From positions 4,883 to 68,882 of the forward strand of contig JBBTCT010000036.1 of assembly GCA_038060895.1 (NCBI GenBank): 64,000 nt of DNA, read 5' to 3'. Positions 20,478-29,034 of the stretch are shown here, piece after piece (position 1 is the stretch's first letter; each line of letters starts with the position of its first letter). Source of the DNA: Planctomycetota bacterium (lineage in GTDB: Bacteria > Planctomycetota > MHYJ01 > WSZJ01). The position numbers and the translations under genes were made by a program. Under the pieces are notes generated by a model, which did no database searches, was not told the DNA's origin, and saw only the letters and a list, made by a program, of their open reading frames with translations.

Positions 20478-21474
20478 GGACAGCACGCGGGCTCCTTCGC
20501 CAGGCCCAGAGGGCGAGGCGTTCGACCAGGTCTTCCCAGGTCCATCCGTGGGCGCGCGCGCATCGCGCGAGCCCGGCGTCGGGGGAGAGGTCGGGGTTGG
20601 GGTTGACTTCGAGGATGAAGGGTTTGCCTGCGTGGTCCATGCGGATGTCGACGCGTGCGACGTCGCGGCATCCGCAGACGCGGAAGGCGCGGAGAGCGAG
20701 GTGGCTGAGACGGGCCGCGGCGGGGCCGGCGAGCGGCGAGGGGCAGCGCGGCACGGTGGATTTGAATTCGACGGACTCGGGGACCCACTTTGCGTCGTAC
20801 GAAACGAAGCGGGGCTTTCCGGCGGGCATGGTGGCGAAGTCGATTTCCGAGATCGGCAGGGCGATCGGCCGCGAGCCGGCGACGGCGACGTTGAACTCGC
20901 GCCCCTCGAGAAATTCCTCGACCAGGGCCGGCTGATGCCAGGTGTCGATCACGAAAGCGACCTGCTCGCGCAGGCTCGACTCGTCGCGCACCACGGACCG
21001 GTCGGTCAGGCCGAGCGAAGCGTCCTCGCGAAGGCACTTCACGATGAGTGGGAAGCGAAGCCCGTCTGAGCTTCGTGGCGCCCGCATCACACGGCCTGCA
21101 GGGACCGGCAGTCCCCACGAAGCGAGGACGGCCTTGGCGCGCTGCTTGTCGAGGGCGAGGGCGATGGCGCTGGGCGGGCAGCCGGTCACGGGGACTCCGG
21201 TCGCCTCGAGTGCCCTCGCGACGGACGCCTCGGCGCTCGAATCGCCCGCGATTCCCTCGACGAGGTTGAACACGACGTCAGGCGCGGCGCGCGACACAAG
21301 GCCCTTCACGACGCGCGGCGACAGCAGGGGCATCGGGATGGTTTCGTAGCCCCGGCCGCGGAGTGCGGTGCCGACCTGCTCCACGGTCCCGCGGATGTCG
21401 TCGTGGGTGGGCGCTTCGCCGGGATGCGACGCCAGAGTGGCGTCGAACGCGAGGGCGATCCGCCGCGGTCTCAC
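20446..21474 (-). CDS. D-Ala-D-Ala-ligase-like ATP-grasp protein (2)
   Basis: PDVVFNLVEG, ALDK, PLIVK..EDASLG, LVEEFLEGREFNV, ARVDIR, LEVNPNPDL; GTG start at 21474 after GGAG. Confidence 0.88.
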   Translation of the reverse strand: MRPRRIALAFDATLASHPGEAPTHDDIRGTVEQVGTALRGRGYETIPMPLLSPRVVKGLVSRAAPDVVFNLVEGIAGDSSAEASVARALEATGVPVTGCPPSAIALALDKQRAKAVLASWGLPVPAGRVMRAPRSSDGLRFPLIVKCLREDASLGLTDRSVVRDESSLREQVAFVIDTWHQPALVEEFLEGREFNVAVAGSRPIALPISEIDFATMPAGKPRFVSYDAKWVPESVEFKSTVPRCPSPLAGPAAARLSHLALRAFRVCGCRDVARVDIRMDHAGKPFILEVNPNPDLSPDAGLARCARAHGWTWEDLVERLALWAWRRSPRAVHAHASRPARR

Positions 21475-21485
21475 GAGGGTCTCCG

Positions 21486-22592
21486 TTATCTCAGGGAAAA
21501 GTGTGCGGGCGGGGCGACGGCGCCGCCCCTGGCGCCGAGGCCGAGGCGGGCGCAGGCGGAGTCGAGGATGCGACGGACGGTGGCGTTGTAAGACAACCCT
21601 GCCGCCCGAGCCGCTTTCGGGAAGCACGAATTTTGTTCGGGCTGCGGGAGGATTCCCGGGAGGGGGTTGACCTCGATCACCTGGGGGCGACCTGAGGCGT
21701 CGCACCGGACGTCGATGCGGGCCCAATCCCGGAGTCGCAGCGCGTCCCACGCGCGCAGGCACACCGACTCGATATCGAGCTCGAGGTCGGCGTCCACCGT
21801 CGCGGGGCAGCGGAAGATCTCCAGCGGTTTATCGCTCGTGTCCCACACCCATTTCGCTTCGAAGGAGTAAATCGGGTGGGCGCCGGGCGGCAGGGAGTCG
21901 AAGAGGATTTCGACGATCGGGAGAACACGGAGGTCGTCTCCGTTTCCGATCAGGGCGACGGTGAACTCGCGGCCGGGGAGAAACTCCTCGACGATGGCGG
22001 GTTCGTGGTAGAGGGAGAGGACGCGGTTGATTTCTGAAGCGAGTTCGGATTCGTTGCGGACGACTGAGGAATTGACGATTCCTTTGGAAGAGCCCTCGGA
22101 GAGAGGTTTGACGATGAGGGGAAACTTGAGAACGGGTTTTCCGGGGGCGGGGAGTGCGCCGTGGCTGGCGACGATGCGGCGGAGGTCGTCGACGGACTCG
22201 GCGATGCGGAACTGCGGGGTGGGGATGCCGTGGGCGCCGAGGATTTCCTTGGTGCGGGACTTGTCCAGGCAGAGGGCGAGGGTGACGGGGTCGCTGCCTG
22301 TATAAGGAAGGCGGAGGAGTTCGAAGAGGGCGGGGAACTGGGCTTCTCGGGCGGCGCCCCAGAGGCCCTCGGCGACGTTGAAGACGACGTCGGGGCGATC
22401 GGCTCGGAGTTTTTCGATGGCCTCCTCGTCGGCTTCGACGAGCGAGACCTGGTGGAACTCGGCGAGGGCGGACTGGATCGCTTCGATGGTTTCGAGGTCG
22501 TCGCACTCGGCGTAGAAATCGGGCGGAGGTTCGCCGGAAGCGGATCCAGATGTAGAGTTCTTCTTGAGGTTATAGACTAAGGCGACCTTCAT
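21486..22592 (-). CDS. D-Ala-D-Ala-ligase-like ATP-grasp protein (1)
   Basis: MKVALVYNLK, PDVVFNVAEG, PYTGSD, CLDKSRTK, PLIVKP..EGSSKGI, VEEFLPGREFTV, ARIDVR, IEVNPLPG. Confidence 0.9.
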   Translation of the reverse strand: MKVALVYNLKKNSTSGSASGEPPPDFYAECDDLETIEAIQSALAEFHQVSLVEADEEAIEKLRADRPDVVFNVAEGLWGAAREAQFPALFELLRLPYTGSDPVTLALCLDKSRTKEILGAHGIPTPQFRIAESVDDLRRIVASHGALPAPGKPVLKFPLIVKPLSEGSSKGIVNSSVVRNESELASEINRVLSLYHEPAIVEEFLPGREFTVALIGNGDDLRVLPIVEILFDSLPPGAHPIYSFEAKWVWDTSDKPLEIFRCPATVDADLELDIESVCLRAWDALRLRDWARIDVRCDASGRPQVIEVNPLPGILPQPEQNSCFPKAARAAGLSYNATVRRILDSACARLGLGARGGAVAPPAHFSLR

Positions 22593-22707
22593 CGACGACC
22601 CCCTTGACCCCGTGTGGACGAATCCGATGAATGTTAGGGTGCTGTTCCCGAAGCACCCCGGCCACCCCCTACAGTTTGGGGAGCAGCCACCCCGAATCAC
22701 ATCCGCT

Positions 22708-22735
22708 AGTATAGCGTGCGATTCCGCACGATCAA
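22708..22735 (-). promoter_or_regulatory. Putative sigma70 promoter of the ATP-grasp/GNAT/KamA operon with a palindrome in the spacer
   Basis: Minus strand TTGATC-16 nt-TATACT; spacer contains CGTGCG-ATTC-CGCACG inverted repeat. Confidence 0.45.
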
Positions 22736-23036
22736 GCAGATTGACCGCGGTCAGGGAAAAAACACGCGGTACCAGGCTGCGCTGGCCACGGGTCATTCAT
22801 CGCGAGGCCCTTCGTCACCCGGGCCGACTCCGCCCGAGCCGCGTGTATTCCCCTGACCCCGGTCAGATGACGGACTCGAAATTGAGATGCAGCCCACGCC
22901 GCGGCAATAAAAACATCGAGAAACCTGGAACTGGATCAACCGGGCGCCCGCCGGACCGGATTTTGTTTTTCGCACTTCTCTTTTTGCGTTTGCCCGCTCC
23001 CGCGGTTCAAGCTCCCGCGCGCCGGCTCGCCGGGCA

Positions 23037-23075
23037 AAATGAAAAGCCGCGGACGCCTTCTTGCGTCCGCGGCTT
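23037..23075 (-). terminator. Rho-independent terminator after HEAT-repeat gene
   Basis: AAGCCGCGGACGC-CTTCTT-GCGTCCGCGGCTT 13-bp hairpin followed on - strand by TTCATTTT. Confidence 0.7.
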
Positions 23076-23097
23076 CTGTGTCTTCCGGCAATTCGAC

Positions 23098-23889
23098 TTA
23101 CTTCGGCGGCGCCGGCACCTTCGGCTGCTTCGCGTACCACTCTTTCCACAGTTTCTTCGTCTCTTCCTTCTTCTTCTCCTCGTCCCAGGCACCCTTCGAT
23201 TCCCCCGAAATCCGCTCCAGCGCCATGATCGCGAACTGGTCGTAGCTCCATCCGTGAAGCGTTTCCGGGGCCTGCGAATCGAGCATGATCACGATTTCCG
23301 GAAGCGCGGCCTGGCTGCGCAGCTTTCCGAGCGCTTCACAGGCCGCGGCCGGGAGCAGGCCTCCCCGGAACGTCTCCTTCGTCTCGCGGGCCTTCAGCAT
23401 CTCTATCAGTTTTGCTTCCGCCTTCGCAACCCGGAGGTTCCCAAGCGCCCGGGCCGCCTCGTACTTCAGGTTCAGGTCCTTAGAGTCAAGGGCCGCGATG
23501 AGCTTGTCGGCGACGGAGGCATCGGCGAGCTTTCCAAGCGCCCTGGCAGCCGCGGCGGCCACCGGCTCGCCCGTCCTTTCCTCGACCAGGTCTTCCAGCA
23601 AGGTCGCAATGTCCGCCACCGCGGCCGGGTCGTGAATGTCCCCGAGCAACTCGCAGGCGAAAAAGCGCTTCGCCGCCTTTGGGTCCTTGAGCGCTGCACG
23701 AAGTGCCGGCACGCACGGACGGCCGACCTCGAGGATTTCGTCGCGGGCGGGAATCGCGTCGGCGGGGTTGTCGGAAATGGCCTTGTCGAGCAGGGCAGCC
23801 GTTTCCTTGTCCCACTCAACGGTCATGGCCTCCTGCGCGAAGCAGGAAATCGAGGCGGCGAAGAGAAAAGCGATGGGCATCGTGCGCAT
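23098..23889 (-). CDS. Exported HEAT (PBS lyase-like) repeat protein
   Basis: Signal peptide; repeated AARALGKL / AARALGNL / ACEALGKL units; C-terminal ALERISG...W..W. Confidence 0.85.
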   Translation of the reverse strand: MRTMPIAFLFAASISCFAQEAMTVEWDKETAALLDKAISDNPADAIPARDEILEVGRPCVPALRAALKDPKAAKRFFACELLGDIHDPAAVADIATLLEDLVEERTGEPVAAAAARALGKLADASVADKLIAALDSKDLNLKYEAARALGNLRVAKAEAKLIEMLKARETKETFRGGLLPAAACEALGKLRSQAALPEIVIMLDSQAPETLHGWSYDQFAIMALERISGESKGAWDEEKKKEETKKLWKEWYAKQPKVPAPPK

Positions 23890-23996
23890 GTCTGGCCTCC
23901 AGGTCTGCTTCGAAGGGAGGAAGGGTCGAAGGGCGCGGAAGTCTAAGAGTGGGGCCTGACGCTGTCAAACCGGAACCGGCCGGGAGTGTTTCGCGT

Positions 23997-24026
23997 TTGA
24001 CCCGCGCTCCCCCCCTTCCTTATAGT
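23997..24026 (+). promoter_or_regulatory. Putative sigma70 promoter
   Basis: TTGACC-18 nt-TATAGT, 35 nt upstream of ATG 24062 with GGAG RBS. Confidence 0.6.
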
Positions 24027-24061
24027 GGAGTCTCGCCCGGGGGGGCGTTTGGAGTCCCGCC

Positions 24062-25102
24062 ATGAAGACGTTCGCCTCGGTTGTTCTCGGCCTGGTCCTT
24101 GCGCTGTCCGCTTCCGCGGACATGCTGCAGAAGAAGAGCGGCACGTTCATCGAGGGGAAGATCCTCGAAATCACCGAAAAGGGCGTCCGGATCCAGCTCA
24201 CCGAAGGCGGCGAAGCGACGATTCCGTTCGACGACCTCGACCCGTTCACGGTCTACAAGATCCGCGACAAGAAATTGCGCGACTCCGGGAACGCCGACGT
24301 AGGCGCACGATTCGCCCTCGGCCGGTTCGCCATGGAGGCCGGCCTCTACGACATCGGGCGCGCCGACCTCGACGCTGCGGTGAAAAAGGATCCGAGCCTG
24401 AAGACCGAGGCGGACAAGGTAGTCGCCGACGTCGAGGACCGGGACAGCGCCCACCTTTATGAGGCGGGGACCGCAGCGATGAAAGCGCTGGATTACTCCG
24501 GCGCCCTGATGAAGTTCCAGACGCTCGTCGATTTCTTCCCGACCTCGAAGTATGTCGAGGAAGCCAAGAAGGCGCTCGCCTCCGCGACGGCCGAGATCGA
24601 GAAGGAAAACGCGAAGAAAAAGGAGTTGCTCGACGCGCTGACCAAGAAGAAGGGCGACGCGAAGGCGGCGAAGGTCGAGGAAGGCGTGAAGGGCAAGCTC
24701 GACGCCGCGATGCGTGCCTACGACGACGCACGGAAATTCAACGGCGACGCACTCGAGGCCGAAGGCAACACGAGCGTCTCGAAGGCCGACAAGAACTGGC
24801 GCGCTGCGGAAGCGGCGCTCTTCAGCGCGAAGGACCTGATCATCGACGTGGCCAGCTCAACGAAGGACGTCGACGTTCTCGGGACAGCAAAGAAGCTGGA
24901 CTCCGAATGCGACAGCATGCTGGTGATCGTGTACGGCAACCTCGGCCACCTGTGGGCGGTGGAGCGCTACTACAAGGAAGCGACTAAGTGGCTGAACCGG
25001 GCGCTGGCGATGGACCCGACGAATCATTTCGCAACCGAAGTGAAGTTGCTGGTCGCCGCGCAGCAGATCCGGCGGTCGTACTCTCCTGAGAGGGACAGAT
25101 AG
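24062..25102 (+). CDS. Exported TPR-containing protein
   Basis: Signal peptide (ASA-D); small N-terminal beta domain (DMLQKKSGTFIEGKI); TPR-like helices incl. BamD-like FQTLVDFFPTSKY and KWLNRALAMDP. Confidence 0.7.
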   Translation: MKTFASVVLGLVLALSASADMLQKKSGTFIEGKILEITEKGVRIQLTEGGEATIPFDDLDPFTVYKIRDKKLRDSGNADVGARFALGRFAMEAGLYDIGRADLDAAVKKDPSLKTEADKVVADVEDRDSAHLYEAGTAAMKALDYSGALMKFQTLVDFFPTSKYVEEAKKALASATAEIEKENAKKKELLDALTKKKGDAKAAKVEEGVKGKLDAAMRAYDDARKFNGDALEAEGNTSVSKADKNWRAAEAALFSAKDLIIDVASSTKDVDVLGTAKKLDSECDSMLVIVYGNLGHLWAVERYYKEATKWLNRALAMDPTNHFATEVKLLVAAQQIRRSYSPERDR

Positions 25103-25145
25103 GCCGGCGTCAGGTACGGAAGTTCCAGACAACGGCATACACAGG

Positions 25146-25171
25146 TGAAGGGGGCCCCCGGGCCCCCTTCA
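25146..25171. terminator. Strong intergenic hairpin (terminator or mRNA-stabilising stem)
   Basis: TGAAGGGGGCCC-CC-GGGCCCCCTTCA; only a weak U tract follows. Confidence 0.4.
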
Positions 25172-25196
25172 ACTATTTTCGGGGAGGGTCCTCTAC

Positions 25197-28100
25197 TTGA
25201 TCAGGATTCGGAACTTCGCCGTGGCACTCCTGCTCGCGGCCGCTTCTGCCGGCGCGGGGGACGTCAAGGTGGCGATGCAGCACCAGACTTCCGCCGGCCC
25301 TTCGGTTTCGGTCACGATGATGGAGGGGACGGACTGGAAGGAGGGCCCCTGCGAGAAGATGCTGAGGCTGCCGAAGTTCAGGGGGACGCAGAAGTGGGGC
25401 GAGATCCTGCTCGATGCGGGGTCGGACAAGTCCTTCGCGGTCGTGCTCGACGACGCGGGCCCGGGCGAGGATCTCTTCTATGTGGACGCCAACAACAACG
25501 AGGATCTGACCGACGACGGCGAGCCGGCGAAGCAGTACACAAAGGAAGCGACTTCGCTGGGGAGGTACTGGAAGCTGACGGTCGAGCACGGGAAGAAGGC
25601 GAGCGAGTACCAGATGTATGTGTACACGTACGAGACGAACAAGAAGGGTTTTTCGGCGTATCGCGGGATGGACTGGTGGGAAGGGAACGCGACGCTGGCG
25701 GGGCAGGAGGTGAAGTTCGCGATCGTGGACATGAACTCGAACGGGCGGTTTGACGACCTGGAGAAACTCGCGCTCTGCATCGACTACAACGCGGACGCGA
25801 AATACGACGGGGAGCCGGACTCGAACGAGCGGTGGAACGGCAACGAGCCGTTCGCGGCGGCCGGCAAGGGGTGGGTGCTGAAGTCGGTGAGCGAAGCCGG
25901 CGACGAAGCGGTGATCGCGGAGCATACGGAGGCCGTCGCGATGCGGCCGCCGCTGGGTCCCGGGTCGCCCGCGCCGGAATTCACGGGGACGGACAAAGAC
26001 GGCAACGACGTGTCGCTGGCGGCGCTCGCCGGGAAAGTCGTGCTGGTCCAGTTCTGGACGATGGGGTCGGCGGACGTGACGCTGGCGCTCGACGTGCACA
26101 AGAAGGTTTATGAGGCGTACAAGGACAAGGGATACGAGATCCTCGGCGTCAACCTGGATGCCGACAAGGCGAAGGCGCAGGACTTCGCCGCTTCACACGA
26201 GATGACCTGGCCGATCGTCTACGACGGCCAGATGCTGGAAGGGCAGATCGCGAAGCAGTTCCGGCTCTACACCTATCCGCGGCTGTACCTGGTCGATGCG
26301 GACGGCGTGATCCGGGACAACAGCATCTCGGCCGCGAACGTGGAGAAGGCCGTTGCGGAAATGCTCTCCGACGCGGACGCGGAACCTCTGACGCCCGCGA
26401 AGCCGGCGGATCTCGCGGCGTTCCTGCCGAGGGTCGAAAAGGGGGACTGGTGGCTCGTGTTCCACCAGCGGCGGTCGGAGACAGACGGGGGCGAATTCCT
26501 CCTCTATATGGTAATGGAGGAGTCGGCGGAGCGGCTCGGGATCATCGTGAGTTCGACGTCCGGCTGGTCGTTCGCGCTGGGCGTGGACCGGGCAACCTGG
26601 AACATTGCCAGCGTCAACCCGACCTTCACGGACTGGGACCAGAAGGCGGAGAAGATCCGCATCGCGCCGGAGAAGGACCGGCGCGTGGACCTTCAGGGTT
26701 CGCCCTCCCTCGTCATGCTCCGCCAGTACCCGAACTTCGACGTGCTCTTCCACGCGTTCCCCGGCGGCGTTTCCGGCGTCCTCACCTGCATGACGGAGCA
26801 GTCCGCGGCGGCCACTTTCACGGAAACCGCCCCGATGGCGTGCGAGGCGTTCGTCGACGCGAACGGCCGGCTCGTAGGGAAGTACAAGGCGACGATGGAC
26901 CGGCATGTGGTGCGGGTAAAGCAGACCTGGGAGAAGGGGCTGCCCTTCCCGAGGCGCGTGACGTACTCGAATTCGATCGCAGGTTCGCGCGGGGTGCTCA
27001 CCCTGTGCCGCGCCGGCAAGAAGGTCGGGCTGGCGTTTCCTGCGGTCCCGGCGGCGCACCGGATCGCGGGAATGGACAGCTCGATCGACGACGCGCCGGT
27101 TTCCCGATGTCCTTCACGCAATTTCATCGGCGAAGACGCGGTCGCCGCGGCCTGCGAAAAGCTGGCGCCCGGCAAACCGACCCAGACGCTCGACATGCGC
27201 GGCTCGGGATACTGGAACCGCGGCGACATCATGAAGGTGTACTGGCAGGTGCGGGCGATTCCGAAGGTGCTTTCGGGGCCCAGGCCCGTCCAGGCCGAGA
27301 AGACGGTGGAAATTCCCGTCAGCGGGATCTTCATCCTCGAGTGCGTCGACCTGCGGCGCGTCGGCGACGAAGACCTCGTCTTCGTGCAGGCCTACGGCGA
27401 AGACACGCGGATGTATTCCTACGACACGAACTACGCCAGCCAGCAGGGGCAGCAGGGCCGCACGATCGCCGATCTCCTCTCGGGCACCGGGCCGCTGGTG
27501 TTCTCCAACCCCGAGTACTGGACCGACGCGGACCCGAAGAAGGCGAAGTGGGACCGCGTCGCTTACCTGCGCGGACGCCGGTACTACGGTGGCTACAGCT
27601 TCAGTTCCGCCACCACCGGCAAGCAGTGCACCACCTGGATTCTCGCGCTCCGCCGCGAGGACCTGTCCCTGCGCGCGGCCTACGGATACCACCTTGACTC
27701 CAACCTCAAGGCCGGCGAGTTCGGCGTCGTCGCCGACCAGTTCCAGCACGGCCCCGCTTTCGTCCGACAGTCCCTTCAGCTCGTCCGCCCGCAGGACTGG
27801 ATGCTGATCCAGTCGTTCGCGGGACTGAAGAACGGCGCCGCCAAGGGAAACGTTCTCAACCTCTCGCCGCAGGACGGCGGTTTCTTCCGGCAGGAAATGC
27901 TGAAGAACGAAGACTCGATCACGCAGCTCGTGAAGAACGACAAGTTCTTCACGCAGTTTTCAGAGCTCCTCGCAAAGCGCGCTCCGCCGCCCGAGGTCAA
28001 GAACGGCCAGAAGAAGCGCCAGGCGAAGGTCTCGCTCACGGAGCAGGACGTGGCGAGGCTGGAAGGCGGATTTGCGAACGGGGACTACTCGGGTGTCGTC

Positions 28101-28451
28101 AGGCGCCTGGAGGAGGGCCCGGCGAAGCGCGACCTGGCCGTGTTCCGCACCACGAACGGGCCCGGGCTCTGGGTCTACCAGGGCTACTCGGGGACGTTCT
28201 CGTGGTGGCGCGAGACGCTCGTCCTGAACTGGAAAGAGGGGTACCTCGCACGCCTCCGCATGTATATCCCCGTCCCACCCCGGCCGGGTTCCTGAGACGG
28301 CTGCGGCGACGAGCTTCTGGTAGAAGCTCCCACACCGTCGAAGCCCCCCGCGCCCGTCCCCGGTGGTCCCAAAGGAGATGGCGGCAAGGTCACGCCGCCG
28401 GCGCCGCCGGATGACGGGGGCGCCGAGGTTCCGGTCGATTCGGGAAAGTAG
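25197..28451 (+). CDS. Large exported redoxin (TlpA/AhpC-like)-domain protein; candidate selenoprotein with C-terminal UxxC (TGA 28293-28295), otherwise ending at 28295
   Basis: Signal peptide; APEFTG...GKVVLVQFW...GYEILGVNLD...YPRLYLVDADG thioredoxin fold lacking CxxC; TGA followed in frame by GAC GGC TGC (D-G-C), a Pro-rich tail, then TAG at 28449-28451. Confidence 0.7.
28293..28339 (+). promoter_or_regulatory. UGA plus SECIS-like hairpin (redoxin gene)
   Basis: Lower stem GACGG (28296-28300) / CCGTC (28335-28339); upper stem GAGCTTCT-GGT-AGAAGCTC (28311-28329) with GGU apical loop. Confidence 0.6.
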
Positions 28452-28564
28452 GAACGCGGGATCCTGGAAGTGCCTCAAGCCGCCCTCCTGCCCGTGCCGA
28501 TCTTTCAACGTCGGAGTACCCGTGTACCCGTCTCGCCAGGGGTGTTCCCGGAGGCAGGAGAAAT

Positions 28565-28609
28565 GGGTCAAAAAAGTCCTTGACCCCCCTTCCCCGGAAG
28601 CGCTACTGT
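28565..28609 (+). promoter_or_regulatory. Putative sigma70 promoter with overlapping inverted repeat, upstream of lipoprotein A
   Basis: TTGACC (28580-28585)-18 nt-TACTGT (28604-28609); GGGTCAA-N8-TTGACCC palindrome overlaps the -35. Confidence 0.5.
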
Positions 28610-29034
28610 TTGCCGTACTTAAGGGTCCGCATCGTCTCATTGAGCCGTTGCGGAGGGGTGTCGTAAAAGTGGGGTTCCCGCTGTCGCCGTGGCCTTCGGC
28701 CCAACGCGCGACGCCGGAACGAGACGTTTATCCCGAGCCGACGTAGCGCGCTCTTCTCGCGCATCCGTCGGGGCGCTGCCCGTGTCGTCGCGCCGTCGGT
28801 CCCGAGCCCGCGCTGTCCGGCGGGGAAGAGTCGTTCAGAAACGATAAAAATTGGATTCATAGGCTCCCATCGACGCGCCTTGAAAGGAGGTCGACCGCAA
28901 CGATCGAAGCCGAAAACTTGGTGCCTTAAAGTTCAGCAGGTTCGGATAAGTACCTGAGTCAACGACAGCATGTCGAACCGGGAAGCCGAGACTTCCCATT
29001 GTGACTTCAAACCAACTAACGAGGAGAACCACTG

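Noticed and set aside
20446-22592. Canonical ddl genes or a vancomycin-resistance ligase cluster
   Set aside because: Both lack the N-terminal GG.S.E motif of Ddl/Van ligases and sit with KamA and GNAT rather than mur or van genes.
28861-28930. c-di-GMP-I riboswitch in the lipoprotein A leader
   Set aside because: A GAAA-containing hairpin followed by CGCAA is suggestive, but the GGCAAAC / GACGCAAAGC consensus is not matched; kept only as an unclassified leader.
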